A DNA stretch of 64,000 nt. It comes from Caecitellus pseudoparvulus. Its lineage: Eukaryota; Protista; Bigyra: Bicosoecida. The translations under genes were made by a program, and so were the position numbers. The stretch covers positions 1 to 64,000 of the forward strand of contig CBFFRQ010000049.1 in NCBI GenBank assembly GCA_965644315.1. The letters run 5' to 3'. This document shows, in pieces, positions 33,157-44,605 of the stretch. The notes under the pieces are model-generated. The model saw nothing but the letters and a program-made list of their open reading frames with translations. It did no database searches and was not told the DNA's origin. Every line of letters starts with the position of its first letter. The stretch's first letter is position 1.

Positions 33157-33766
33157 GTTGCTCCGCTCGCCTACGCTGCGAGCGAGAGCGCTGTGAACAG
33201 GGGGGCGACGTCTGCATCGATCTGAACACGACACCTGCCGAGCTGAGTTGCTCACTTTCCTGGGGCGTGTGGATTTGAGCGGGCACGTGAGTTGCGGACG
33301 GCAGCGTTTCTTGTGAGGCAGGAGCCTCCCGCCGAAGCGTCAACATTCCCTCCCGCACACAGCACCAGATGACGTCACCAAGAGGCATGCTGCAGCAGTT
33401 GATACCATGCGGTGTCCTTTCTCCGGCGTAGTGCGGAGCATGGCCGCTGTGGAGGCCCGAGGAGCTTGAAGCTCCGCCTCCTCGGTGCACGACGTGCACG
33501 CCGCGTTTGTTGCACAATCTGCGTGGCGCTTGGCTAGGAAGGCGGGGTGGAGCAGTCACTACCGAACGACAAAATGCAAGCCCGCACAGGTGTCCCTGCG
33601 CTCCAGCACGCACCCTGCACTGCTTGCTGCCCGCTAGGCCAAGCTTGCAGTGCTCCCGAAGTCGCCGTGCTTCGTGCGCTGCGGTGCGGAATTTGACGCC
33701 CGCAGCCCTGCCACCTGGAGGCTGTGCGCCGCCAGCGCTGGACGCCGTGGGCCAGCCCACTTACAC

Positions 33767-35608
33767 ATGAGCATGGAAGTATCACAAGAAGAAGGCGCAG
33801 AACGACCGGGGGAGGTGCGCCAGGCAAGTAGCTGCTTCTCGGGGAGCCGGCTGGCCCTCATCAGCATCCTGGTCGTGCTGAACCTCCTGGCCTTCCAGCT
33901 GGGCTTCACAAGCACCGTCATGGCCTCACCGCCCTCCGCCTCATCAAATCCCGCCTGGTCCATCCAGAGCCTGCGTGGCATGCTGTCGGGTAGCGCGTCG
34001 CAGGGCGATGCTGGCAAGGCGGTGGAGCTGCTGGGCGGCGGTGGTGGTGGTGCCAGCAGAGCACGGCGCGCGGCCACTCCGCCGCCCACACGAGCTGGGG
34101 TCGTTCCCACGGCGCAGACAGTGGACGCACTGAGCGACGAGCTGGGCAATGCGCTGCCAGGGACGAGTCTGGAGCAGTGGAAGGCCAGTGGCCCCCGGAA
34201 GATGGCGTCCGATGCCCACCTCGTTCGCACCATGCCCCAAGGCATTCCGCCGGTGGGGGCGCCTGACTACGCCCTGCGCTGTGGCGAGTTCCACGGCGGC
34301 GCCGCCACGACGGTGCAGGCCTTCACGGACGAGGGCAGGGACGCATGGGCCCCCACGCCCTTCTCCAAACACGCCATCGTGACCATGGCGGCGGGGGACG
34401 GCGCTGCACGCATGGTGGTGGCGCTGCTGCAGAGTCTGCGAGACGTCGGCACCTGCCCTGGCATCGACATCGTCGTCATGCTGTCTGGGGGCGGGCACGG
34501 GTCGGAGGACTGCCGGCGGGGGCGTGTGCCCGACCACGACAGCCGTCGCTGCGACGCCGACCGCCCCGCCGCCAAGAGCATCGTCGTGTCGCAGCCCTAC
34601 ATCGACGCCATCCACGCCCTGGGCGGGCAGACCATCCTCATCGAGCCAGTGCCTTCCGCAACGGCAGTCATTCCTGGCGGGCGCAAGGCCTTCTGGGGCA
34701 TGGCCTTCAACAAGCTGCGAGTGTACGGGCTTGTGCAGTACGAGAGTGTGCTGTGGCTGGACTCGGACGTCTTCGTGACGCGGAACTTGGACCACCTGCT
34801 GTTCTACCCAGAGTTCACCGCCGCCTTCACCATGGACTGCTGCAACTTGAACGCGTCCCCTCGCCCCTCAGGCGGCTTCTGGGTCATCCAGCCCTCCGCC
34901 CAGCGCCTGAAGCACGTGCTGACGCTGGTGAACGGCCCCGACCCCCTCGTGCCCCTGAACCTGGAGCAGGGGGACAAGGACTGGCACTTTGGCGACATGG
35001 CCGTCATGATGGCGCTGTACGTCAAGCTGCGCAAGGTGCCGCGCTACTACCACTTGTTCGAATCCTACGATGCCCGTATCGCGGAGGAGCGCATCCGGCA
35101 GTGGTACAAGCCCACCGACCCGGCCTACCCCGCCAAGTGGATGGGATATGGCCCAGACCTCGTCCTCGCCTCCAACAACGACTCCACCGTGTACGCCAGC
35201 AAACCAGAGTACAGCGGCGACCACCAATTCGTCGTGTCCAGTGCAGACGCCAACCTGGCAGATGAGCTGGCGTTCTCCCTGGACTTGCCCTCCCTGGCCG
35301 GGCGGCGGTGGCACATGCTGAACGAGTCGTACGACTGGCTCGTCGTGGAGTGCCAGTGCGCGCCGCAGCGGGACATGGGCCCGGACCTCATCTTCTCAGT
35401 GCACTTCTCCTGCCTGCCCGGGCACATCAAGAAGCCAGGGCACTTCGCCCACATCCAGGAACAGAGGGCAGCCCTGGCCAGCCCGCCCGACGACATGAAG
35501 CCCTGCTTGCAGAAGTGGTACCAGACCTGGACAGACGCCTACGAGCGCGGCATGGGCAAGTTGCTGCACGCCATCTGGAGTGAGGAGGCTGAGCAGCAGG
35601 GGGGGTAG
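33767..35608 (+). CDS. Glycosyltransferase family 8 (glycogenin-like), type II membrane protein
   Basis: N-terminal TM segment LALISILVVLNLLAFQLGF; FNKLRVYGLVQYESVLWLDSD (DxD)..NLDHL; GGFWVIQPS; VHFSC..KP. Confidence 0.85.
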   Translation: MSMEVSQEEGAERPGEVRQASSCFSGSRLALISILVVLNLLAFQLGFTSTVMASPPSASSNPAWSIQSLRGMLSGSASQGDAGKAVELLGGGGGGASRARRAATPPPTRAGVVPTAQTVDALSDELGNALPGTSLEQWKASGPRKMASDAHLVRTMPQGIPPVGAPDYALRCGEFHGGAATTVQAFTDEGRDAWAPTPFSKHAIVTMAAGDGAARMVVALLQSLRDVGTCPGIDIVVMLSGGGHGSEDCRRGRVPDHDSRRCDADRPAAKSIVVSQPYIDAIHALGGQTILIEPVPSATAVIPGGRKAFWGMAFNKLRVYGLVQYESVLWLDSDVFVTRNLDHLLFYPEFTAAFTMDCCNLNASPRPSGGFWVIQPSAQRLKHVLTLVNGPDPLVPLNLEQGDKDWHFGDMAVMMALYVKLRKVPRYYHLFESYDARIAEERIRQWYKPTDPAYPAKWMGYGPDLVLASNNDSTVYASKPEYSGDHQFVVSSADANLADELAFSLDLPSLAGRRWHMLNESYDWLVVECQCAPQRDMGPDLIFSVHFSCLPGHIKKPGHFAHIQEQRAALASPPDDMKPCLQKWYQTWTDAYERGMGKLLHAIWSEEAEQQGG

Positions 35609-35781
35609 TGCCCACTCCCACCCCGGCACGCTGGCCCTTTGTAATGCACCCAGCATGCCAGGCGCCAGACACTTTCTGCAACCCAGCCTCTCACACCCCT
35701 GCCGCTCACTCGTGCCCCGGCATCCCTCCGCCTTGACGCACCTGTGTGTGTGGGAACGCTCTCACAACCAGCAACACCAGC

Positions 35782-37126
35782 ATGGCTGACGAGGCAGCCC
35801 AGAAGGCCGCCATCAAGAAGCAGGTGGAGTACTACTTCAACGACGCAAACTTCCGTCGAGATAAGCACCTGCGTGGCATTGCCGACGCCGACCCCCAGGG
35901 CTGTGAGTGCCTGCACCACCCCAGCAGTTCTGTGTGCCGCCGCGAACAAAATCCGCACGCGCAAGCTCTCGCCACGCCGCCACGCGCCTTTGCCACGCGC
36001 GGCGCCAAGCGCACTGCCTGCCTGTCTCACAATGCTTGCTGCATTCCTCGCTGCAGATGTTGATGTGTCTGCCCTGCTCACCTTCAACCGCCTGAAGGCC
36101 CTCAGCAGTGACCCCGCCGTCGTGGCGGCAGCGTTGGAGGACAGCGACATCGTGCAGCTCAGCGCTGACAAGAAGAAGCTGCGCCGCACCAAGCCCCTGC
36201 CCCTCTCGGATGACTCTGCGGACCGCACGGTGTACATGGTGCGTGGCGCTCGCCGCTCACCGCTGCGGCGACCCCTCACGCGACCCACCCAACCCCCCCC
36301 TCCTCAGAAGGGCTTCCCCGTGGACGCCAAGCTGGACGACCTCATCGAGTTCGCCAACGGCATCGCCCCCACCGCCCGCGTGTCCATGCGCCGCTTCAAG
36401 GATGAGGTCAAGACCTTCAAGGGGTCCGTGTTCGTGGAGTTCGCGGGCAAGGAGGGCGCCGACAAGGCTGTCGCGGCAGGCGCCTCAGAGGAGGGCCTGA
36501 CCTTCGCAGGCACCAAGCTGGAGAAGGTGCTCAAGCGCGGGGACTACCTGGCAGAGAAGAAGGCTGCCCGTGCCAAGGTGACCGAGACGCCCGCCTTCAA
36601 GCGCGAGCTCATCCCCGGCGTCATCGTGAAGCTGGAGGGGCTGGACGCCACCGCCAGCTGGTCTGCCATCCAGGAGGCCGCCCGTGCCCTGGCTGGTGTG
36701 CGCTTCACAGAGATCGACAGCGCCACCAACACTGCCCACCTGCGCTGCCTGACCCCTGACGACGCCGCGAAGGTCCTCGCTGCCGTGGCCAAGACGGCTG
36801 AGGCGGAGAAGGCCGCTGCAGGCAGTGCAGACACGACCACCCCTGAGGGGTGCTTGGACATCGCCAAGCTGGGCGGCAAGGTGCCCACTGCCACCCTCTT
36901 GGAGGGGGATGAGGAGCGGGCGTACTGGGAGAAGGTGTGGGCCGCTCAAGCGGAGCGCTTCAAGGCCAACGCTGCTCACCGTGGCGGGCGAAAGGGTGGC
37001 CGCAAGCGCCCCCGTGATGCAGCACCTCCTTCCGCTGATGCGGCGGCGGCGGCGGCGGCGGCGGCGGCCGGCACAGCTGCCTCTGCCGAGGCCCCCTCCG
37101 CGGCAAAGAAGCCTGCCGTCGAGTGA
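35782..37126 (+). CDS. SSB: La autoantigen-like RNA-binding protein (La motif, RRM1, probable RRM2)
   Basis: KQVEYYFNDANFRRDKHL/YVDVSALLTFNRLK (La motif); RTVYM/KGFP and FKGSVFVEF (RRM). Introns 35903-36056 and 36239-36307. Confidence 0.9.
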
Positions 37127-37282
37127 TGCGGCCTTGGCCAGTGTCTGCCACGCCACCACAATCCAGTGTACACCTGCGCACGCGCACGGCCATGTGTTGA
37201 ATCCATCCTGCCCTCATTGTGCGCCACTCAGCGATTGGCATACGAACCAGCCTTTTCAGAGAGCTGGCCCTAAGCGGGGAAC

Positions 37283-38339
37283 ATGGCCGCTCAAGGAGAC
37301 GCTGCAACGTCAACGCCAGGCTCCTCTTCAACTGCTGGCCAGCATGACTTGTGCTTGGTGGAGGCGTACGGGACTTGGGCTGACCGGCCTGTGTTTGCGT
37401 TTCACCCGCGTTTCGTGAAGGAGAAACCCCAAGTTGACCCTTACTTCGCAGCACTCCAGGTGCGCCTGAGGCAGAAGCTTTACGTTCCGTGGATTAAAAC
37501 TGCTTCGTTCACCGTTTCGTTGCCGGAAATCTTCACAGGTTCCCCATACGGGCACCTACGGTGACGAGTACGAAATGTCCAGCCCTTCCCTGGTCGTGCT
37601 CACCACGCCAAGCGCGCCCACAGTGCGCCTGAGCGAGCAGGTGCAAGCAGCCTTGCGCCCACACACCCCAAGTTCGACAACAGTCATGGTTCTCGTGCAC
37701 ACGTCTCTTCCACGCCGCCAGTGTGGCCACCTTACTTGCACTAACACAGACGAAGTGTCTCTCAGCTTCCACCTGCCGCTGCTGGGCGGCTCAGCGCTGA
37801 ACTGGGCCTTTGACTACAGCCTGTTCATGACCATGATGGGGCTGGGGCACTGGGGGGTTCGCCCAGTGCATCAGGACTGCGGAGAGGTGGGCCGGGGCGT
37901 GCCTTTCGGCAACGCAGAAACCCGGGAGGTCACAGTGCACGGCGGCCGCCTGTCACCAGCCAACTGCCAGGTCCAGTACGACCACACCGGCGATGTGGCC
38001 TCACTTACCAGTGTGTGCATACTTCCACCAGAACACACGCAGCATTTGCCCAGCTACTTGGCTCCAGAAAGCCCAGGCAGCAGTGTGGCCCTCGTGACCC
38101 TGCACCTCATTCCAGTGCACGCCAAAGCCCAGCAGCAAGTGACGAACCACATGCAAGCATGCCAAAGCAAGCACCCTGCAAGTGAAGGCGATGCTGCCCC
38201 CCTGCTGCAGGCTTTCTTTGCCGAGGAGGAGGCGTTGAAGGGGCTGCCTTCGGGCTTTGCCCAGGCGGCTGCCGTCGCCCGTGAGCTGCTGTGGGGTGGC
38301 AGGCCTGCACAGTCTGGGCCTGAGGAAGATCAGTCCTAA
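37283..38339 (+). CDS. Hypothetical protein (2 exons)
   Basis: A 79-nt GT-AG intron (37460-37538) joins ORF 37283 in frame to ORF 37575-38339. No motif recognised. Confidence 0.6.
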
Positions 38340-38608
38340 CGCTGCAGTCCCACCGAAGCGTGCAGGTGGCTGCCAAGTGTGCAGTGCCACAGCCTTCCAG
38401 CACCAGTCTGCAGATCGGCCAAGTCCAAGACTGAGCACAACCTCACAAGAACTCTCATGCGCCAGTCAAATTTGAGAGCAGGCAGAGCTACACAAAGCGC
38501 CACACTTGGTGGGTGTGTGGGCTTTCGCTGAGCCTGCTTGCTCTGCCATCCGATGCAAGCGCGGCTCGCCTCCCTTCCGGCGCCGCCGGCCCAGGCGACT
38601 CTGCAGGA

Positions 38609-40207
38609 ATGGCACTGCGACGTGGAATGCAAGCACTCATTGCAGTCCGATTCACACTGCTTCTGTGCACTATCTGTGTGTCCCTTGTAGCTTCTGTGCC
38701 TTGCGAAGCACAGCAAGGTTTGCCTGGCGTTTCTTCTGCTCTTGACTCGCGGTGGGTGCCGGTGCATAGTCAGCGAGCCCGCATACGAAAACACAACAGC
38801 TGCATTCAACACAGCCAAGGAATCCTGTCACTCTCCTCCACCGGATGCCCCGTGCTGAGCTTCGGTGGCGAGCAGTCAGTTCCGCACCAACAGGTGCGTG
38901 CCTGGCCCTGACAGTGGCAAGGTAGACGCGGGAACGATCCCCACACTCCTGCCAACGCACCCGCACAGCGTCTTCGATGGGACCTGCCGCTTCGACCAGT
39001 CCACCGAGCTGCCAATGCAAGCGCACTGCCTGTCCAAAGCCCAGTTGCCCTTGGAGTGGCCCTGGACGGTGTGCCGCTGGCTGGGCCTCTGGTCGGGACG
39101 GTGGCCCAGGTCAAGCAGCTCGGGCCCGTGCTGGACTGCACTTGCGGGCGGGTTGATGCCTTCTCTGCCTATGCATACCACGCAGCGCCTGTGCACCTTG
39201 TCCAGCCTGTACCTGGCAGCGCGGGAACTGGACACAGCGGTATGCTGGGGTGGATGGCTGACGGCTTTCCGCTGTTCGGACCCCAAGGCGATACTGGGGT
39301 TGCGCCCAACGACTTGGATGCGTGTGGGGGGCACGCCTCTGACTCTGGCGCAAACGACTCCTACCACTACCATGTTGTGGGGCTGGGTGGTCAGTGCGGC
39401 ACGACGGGCGCATCGCTGCTTCGCTTGCCGTCGTGCCTCGCAGGGTGTGTCGCGGACTCCACACACCATGCACGTTTGCTACAGCAAGAGACCTTCGCCC
39501 AGTGTGCTTCGACGGGTGTGCTAGCGGATGCAGCAAGCGAGGCATTCAAGCGAGCTTGGCGCCCGAACCCTGTGGCAGTCCAAGCAGCAAACTTGAACTG
39601 CAGTGCTGCGGTGCCCAGCTCACCCGAAGCCTCCACACTTGGCGTGGCTGAGTTGGTCATGCTGCTCGTTGTGGCTCTCACCGTCATGGCCGTGACGCTG
39701 TTCATTGTATTTAGAGATGACCTGGAAGCCTGCTGCAACCCCGCGGCTGCATATGCACACAGAGGCACGCAGCCACGAGCCTTCCTCTGCACAGGCTCCC
39801 GCCTCCTCATCCCCGCTGGCTCGGGGTTGGACATTTGCCTGACCCGCACTGGCCTGGGCTGCCTTGCGCCTCGCCTGGAAGACGCCACTGGGCCAGCAAG
39901 CTCGGATGTCGACGATGTGCTGGGCGCCCTGGGCAGCCCCATGCACACTCAAACCTTGAAGCACTCATTGGCCCCGCCGCCCTCCCGCTCCACTTCATTT
40001 GCCCGCCGCATGCACATGACGCTGCCGAGTCCCGACCTAGAGTCGCAAGGCTGCTCCTCTGCAGAGTCACCCGAGCATGCCCCTCAAAAAGCTGCCTCCC
40101 ACGGCACCTCAGCTGGACAGCCCAACGCACAGCATCCCAGCGCGAGCTCCACGCCCAGGGCCAAGCACCCTGCGCGGCGGGTGGCTCCCTCACCCAGTGG
40201 CAGCTGA
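38609..40207 (+). CDS. YHYH-domain type I membrane protein
   Basis: Signal-like N-terminus; intron 38894-38968. Motifs GVALDGVPL, LDCTCGR..YAYH, HSGMLGWMADGFPLFGP, DLDACGGH..YHYH. TM segment LVMLLVVALTVMAVTLFIVF. Confidence 0.8.
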
Positions 40208-41023
40208 GGAAGGTGCCTCAGAAGTCAGCGTACCGTCGGGCAGAACGATGGCGCCATCCGTCACCCAATCATCGCCACTGCCTTCGGCGATGGGTTCAGG
40301 GGCACCGCCGCCCAACGGGACGCGGTACCTGACGTGGAATGGGTCAGTGAAGGATCCTCTGGAGATCAAATACACGGCGTCCACCGTCCAGGCGGGGCAG
40401 GGCTCGTGGTGGGCACCCCACTCTGTCGACATCGTCGTCACTGCTGCTTTTGCTGCCCGCTTGGGCCACTGGCCCACGGACAGGTGGGGCGTGAAGCCAG
40501 ACTGCCCAGCCTTGGCCGTGTCGTCACACCTGCGGCGAGAGGGGGCACTGAACATGTGGACGTGTGAATTCCGCGGGGTACCTGGCAACGCACTGAGGGA
40601 ATGCATCCAGAAGGGCTGCGTGCAGGTCCTGCAGCGCCTGGGGCGGGTCAGAGTGGGGCGCCAGCCACACTGTGCTGCCCTTCTTGCGAAGGAACGCCTC
40701 GAAGTGTGGCAGGGACACCTCAAAGGGCTCCACGGCAGCCAAGCGCCCAGCGAGGTGTTCGGCAGCCTGCTGAAAGGCGTCTCCCTTGTCCTCAAGGAAG
40801 GGGTACAGGCTGCAGAGGAGTGAACGGCGTGCCTGTCGGAGTGCTTGGCCAGCGCTGGCAGCGCCAGAGCTCACAAATTCATGTGCGGCATCCATCGGCG
40901 GTACACCTTGTCGTGGTCTTTGCGGATGGCCTGGATGCGAGGCCAGTGGACAGGAGGAGGGATCAAGCACACGCTGGACTTGAACACCTTGCGTGAGGAC
41001 TTCGCAGCCGCGTCTGCAGCCAT
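40190..41023 (-). CDS. 2H phosphoesterase / 2'-5' RNA ligase-like protein
   Basis: Introns 40810-40874 and 40530-40593. Spliced SVCLIPP..IQAIRKDHDKVYRRWMPHMNFLYPF...FPQCDD..FTPHLSVGQW, giving two His motifs (HxN and HxS). Confidence 0.82.
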
Positions 41024-41242
41024 GCCTTCTTTGGCGTGGTGGCTGTGCTTTGCTGAGCTGTGCGGTGCAGCAAACGACAGAGGCTGAGCCCCTTTCGAAA
41101 TGAAAGCACTCGCAAGAGGTGCCACACGATGCTGGATCGGACACAACGCTCCAATGTGTGTTTAGAATTTACGCGGGCTCGTACGTAGTGGGCGACGGCA
41201 GGGACACGGTGCATTGAGCAAGGGGAGAACAGCGCCACGGAA

Positions 41243-42244
41243 CTACTTGTCTGCGATGACGAACTTGTCCTGCAAGGGGCAGAGGTTGGTGTGTGGCTTG
41301 TGGGAAAAGGTCGAGGGGGGTTTGCTTGAGCAGGCGGCGCTGGAAAGCCGCGGCAACGCACCGACTTGCACAGCTCCCCATTCACGAAGACATCCACACG
41401 GTAAGTGCCCACTGGCCAGTTGCGGGGCAGAGTCGCCTTCGAAGTAATCTGTTCCATAACCATTGGGAATTTCACCTGCGAGGAACAGGGGGAGGTGGTG
41501 TGTGGCAGGCCCTCCTTCGCTGTGGGGCCTGCTTGCAGGTAGAGCCACTGCGTCACCCGCCCTGAGCAGCATCCGCTGCTGTAGCGTCTTCCTGCCGCGG
41601 TGGCCCAGGTTTTCCCCGAACACAGGCACGTACAGCAACAACTTCTGTGAGAGGGGAAAGAGGAAAGTGCGCATGAGCCGACAGACACGAGGACAAGGCA
41701 CAAACGCCGGCGTCACCACGCCACGGCCAAACCACTCTGGCGAGAGCAGCGCGCTCTCCGCCGTCCTCGCGACGCACCGTGGTTGTTCGGCGCAGCCTGC
41801 ACAGAGGAAAGACGAAGCAGGGGTGAAGAGGGGAATCTAGCGCGCACCGGGCGCGGCCTGCCCGTCGCCCCGAGATTGTGCTGCCGGCAAGGCCAGGCTC
41901 GGGTGACGTCGGGAAAACGCCACGAACGGCAGGCACGCACCCCCTTGGTGTCCTCGGCCACCCAAGCCACCTTCACAGGGTACTCGGCCAGCTTGCGGTT
42001 GAACTTGCACTTGAACACCAACTTCCTGGGCTCCTTTCCGTCTGAGGAGTGGGCGAGCGCACACACGTGCAGGGTGGGTGAAGCCTGGCACCACCTGCTG
42101 GGAAGGTCTTGGGCGGGCGCCCAGCGCACCTTCCGGGGCGAAGCCGTACACCACCTCCTTGGGCTCCCCCTGCTCATCAGTGTTCATGAACGTGGAGTTG
42201 TCCACCCGGATGGGGTCTTCCGCCTTGAAGCAGCTGCTGCCCAT
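41243..42244 (-). CDS. Small (128 aa) predicted N-acylated beta-sandwich protein encoded with micro-exons
   Basis: Exons 42244-42130, 42041-41941, 41796-41778, 41644-41634, 41475-41362, 41269-41243 sum to 387 nt in frame. Protein: MGSSCFK...VKVAWVAEDTKGAAPNNHEVVAVKF...LPRNWPVGTYRVDVFVNGELCKSDKFVI. Confidence 0.6.
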
Positions 42245-42620
42245 GCTGGAGCACCAGGAGGAGCAGACTCGAATGTCGTCGGCAGCTGGGGCTGCCCTGA
42301 CTAATTCCGCAGACACGAACTTCGCAAGCTCGAGAGACACGTCTGCACTGGCACTACAGAGGCGGCCAGGTGCAGGTGGATCGACAGGTGTAGCTGAGCT
42401 GGGTGTGGCGTTGATTTGCCAAGCCCCTTGAGTTGCTGCCAGGACTCGTCGAGTGCCTGCAGTCGCCAACCGCACCTGTGGCCAGGCTGTGCCGAGGGGT
42501 GGCAGGCGGTGATGGGAAGCTGCCTGGCCTGCAGCCGCACTAGACCCCACATGCATTGTTGCGGACGCAGTGGTCAGGCCTGGCCACTCAGCGGGGTCCC
42601 AGTCTGTACTTGCAGGTGGC

Positions 42621-43085
42621 TCAGGCAACGAGGCTTGCCACCTTCTCTGGCACAGCCACGTCCTCCTCAACGAGTGCGCCGACAGACTCGCCCCCCTGCC
42701 ACTTGACCAGCTGCGGAATGGCCTGCAGGCCCACCTTGGGGTGCACCCTGCGGTAGGGCAGGGTGGGTGCTCGGAGTGAGGAGTACCAGCCAACGCGGCA
42801 CAGGATGGGCGGACCAACTCACTTGTAGGCATAGTCAGGCTTGCCCTTGTACTCATCCCGCTTCACCACAACCTCCACCAGCGTGCTGGGCGTGCTGCGT
42901 GCCTTGAGTGCACTCTCAACGATGGGGTAGGCTGCGGTGCAGTCAGGGCACCAGCTGTCCCCGTCTTCCTTGCGCTCTCCGTAGAAAAGCAGGAACACAT
43001 CCCCCGTCAGGGCGCCGACAGTCTCGTCGAACTCTGCAGGGGAAGCAATGACCGTCTTGGCCACAGTGGTCTCGGCAACAGCCAT
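42621..43085 (-). CDS. TXNDC17: Thioredoxin-related protein 14 / TXNDC17 (DUF953)
   Basis: SWCPDC active site. Intron 42748-42822 is followed by VHPKVGLQAIPQLVKW..LVE. Confidence 0.9.
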
Positions 43086-43455
43086 GGTGTCGGGTGGTGT
43101 CGGCGTGTTGGGCCGCAGCAAAATCCGCAGCTCAGGCACCGGAAAAGGGAGGACAGGCGCGCACAGGAGAAGCATACAAGGGTATTGGAGGTGCAGGTAT
43201 ACGTGGAATTGGCGTTGGGCTGACTTGCGTCGCTGGCTGCACCTCAGTGCACGGGGCGTGACACAGCGCGGGGATGTTGGAAGGGGGGGTAGCAAGCAGG
43301 CCCTTCGCCGCTTTTGTGGCGGCTGGCAAAATCCAACAACCCAACACCAACTGCGCTCGAGCTTGCATGCACCTGCATTGCTCTCTGCCTATGCCACTGT
43401 AGGTTCCCCCACGGGGCACCCTTGTAGCGCCCTCCCGCATTCGCACCGCTGAGCC

Positions 43456-44407
43456 ATGGAGGAGACTGCAGCTCTCCTGGCGTCCCCCCGCATCAAACGA
43501 CGCATGCAGTCCACGCGTGCTTCAACTGCCTCCCTTGCAAGTGTGAATGCCCGCGGAGAGCAGCAGCAGATCATTGACGGTGCGTGGGCGGTCGCAGCGC
43601 GACGAGGCGCCGGGTGCCGGGCCCCAGCCTTGCTCCTCTCCTTCAGCGCTTCCATCCGCGCACCTGCCTTGTCACCCGCCCCTGCAGTGTTTTTGCAAGA
43701 AGTCAAGGCGATGGGCGACCGTACCCCCACGGGGGAGGAGATCGCCGTGGCACGGGATTACCTGCAGCTGTTGACATCAGAAACGCTCAGGGACTACCTG
43801 CGCTCCACCGACGAGTTGCTGGCACAGGTGCCCACAGAGTTCACACAGAAGCTGCGATCTGTGGAGGACGCAGAGGCCTTCATCTTCGCCTGCGCTTCAG
43901 GCGAGCTGGAGCCTGTGCGGCGCATGCTGGACACTTCGTGGGACGTGAGTGGCCCACCGGCTGCCTGGCGCATGCGCCACGTCCCGCAGCCTCACCGCCT
44001 CTCGCGCCGCTGCGCAGCTCATCCACGCCATTGACCGGGACGGGCACACGGCCTTGCACGCCGCCGCCGCCATGAACCACGCCGACCTCTGTTCCTTCCT
44101 CCTTGACCGCGGCGCCAAGGTGAACACGCAGGACTTTGAGGGATACACCCCCCTGCACTGGGCGGTAGAGTCCGCGGCCCTGTCTGTGGTGCAGGTGCTG
44201 GCGTCGGCAGGGGCGGACGTGTTCATCCGCACCAACGAGGGCCTGAGTCCCGTGGACTTCGTGGAAAACCTCAAACCCAAGCACAAACCTGCCATCCGCA
44301 AGTGTCTGGCCGATCGGGAGGCTGATATGCTGCAGGCCAGGGCGGCGGCAGGCGGCAGCACTGCGGCCATTGCCTCGGGGGGTGCGTCCCCAGGTGCGGG
44401 GCGGTAG
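43456..44407 (+). CDS. Ankyrin repeat protein
   Basis: Introns 43580-43687 and 43945-44017. FACASGELEPVRRML, DGHTALHAAA, EGYTPLHWAV, EGLSPVD. Confidence 0.88.
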
Positions 44408-44605
44408 AGCTGCCTTGCGTATGGAATGCATGTGTGCTAGCGCGTGTGCCCAGTGCCACGGGTGCATTGTTTCGCTGAGAACAGTGGGAAGGTGTGTATC
44501 ACGCACGATGAAGGTGGGGGGAAAGTGTGCGGCCTTGCTAGAACATGCCTGCATGAGGCTGTGTTCCGCCGCACACGGTGCCGTGCCAGGTGCCGCGCGC
44601 CGGCT

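Noticed and set aside
35903-36056. snoRNA in the 154-nt La intron
   Set aside because: No C/D boxes or convincing H/ACA hairpin-hinge architecture.
42819-42822. In-frame TGA in TXNDC17 (also in the kinase, JmjC and RP2 genes) as selenocysteine, readthrough or pseudogenisation
   Set aside because: Each TGA is part of a GTGAG splice donor, and splicing restores the frame.
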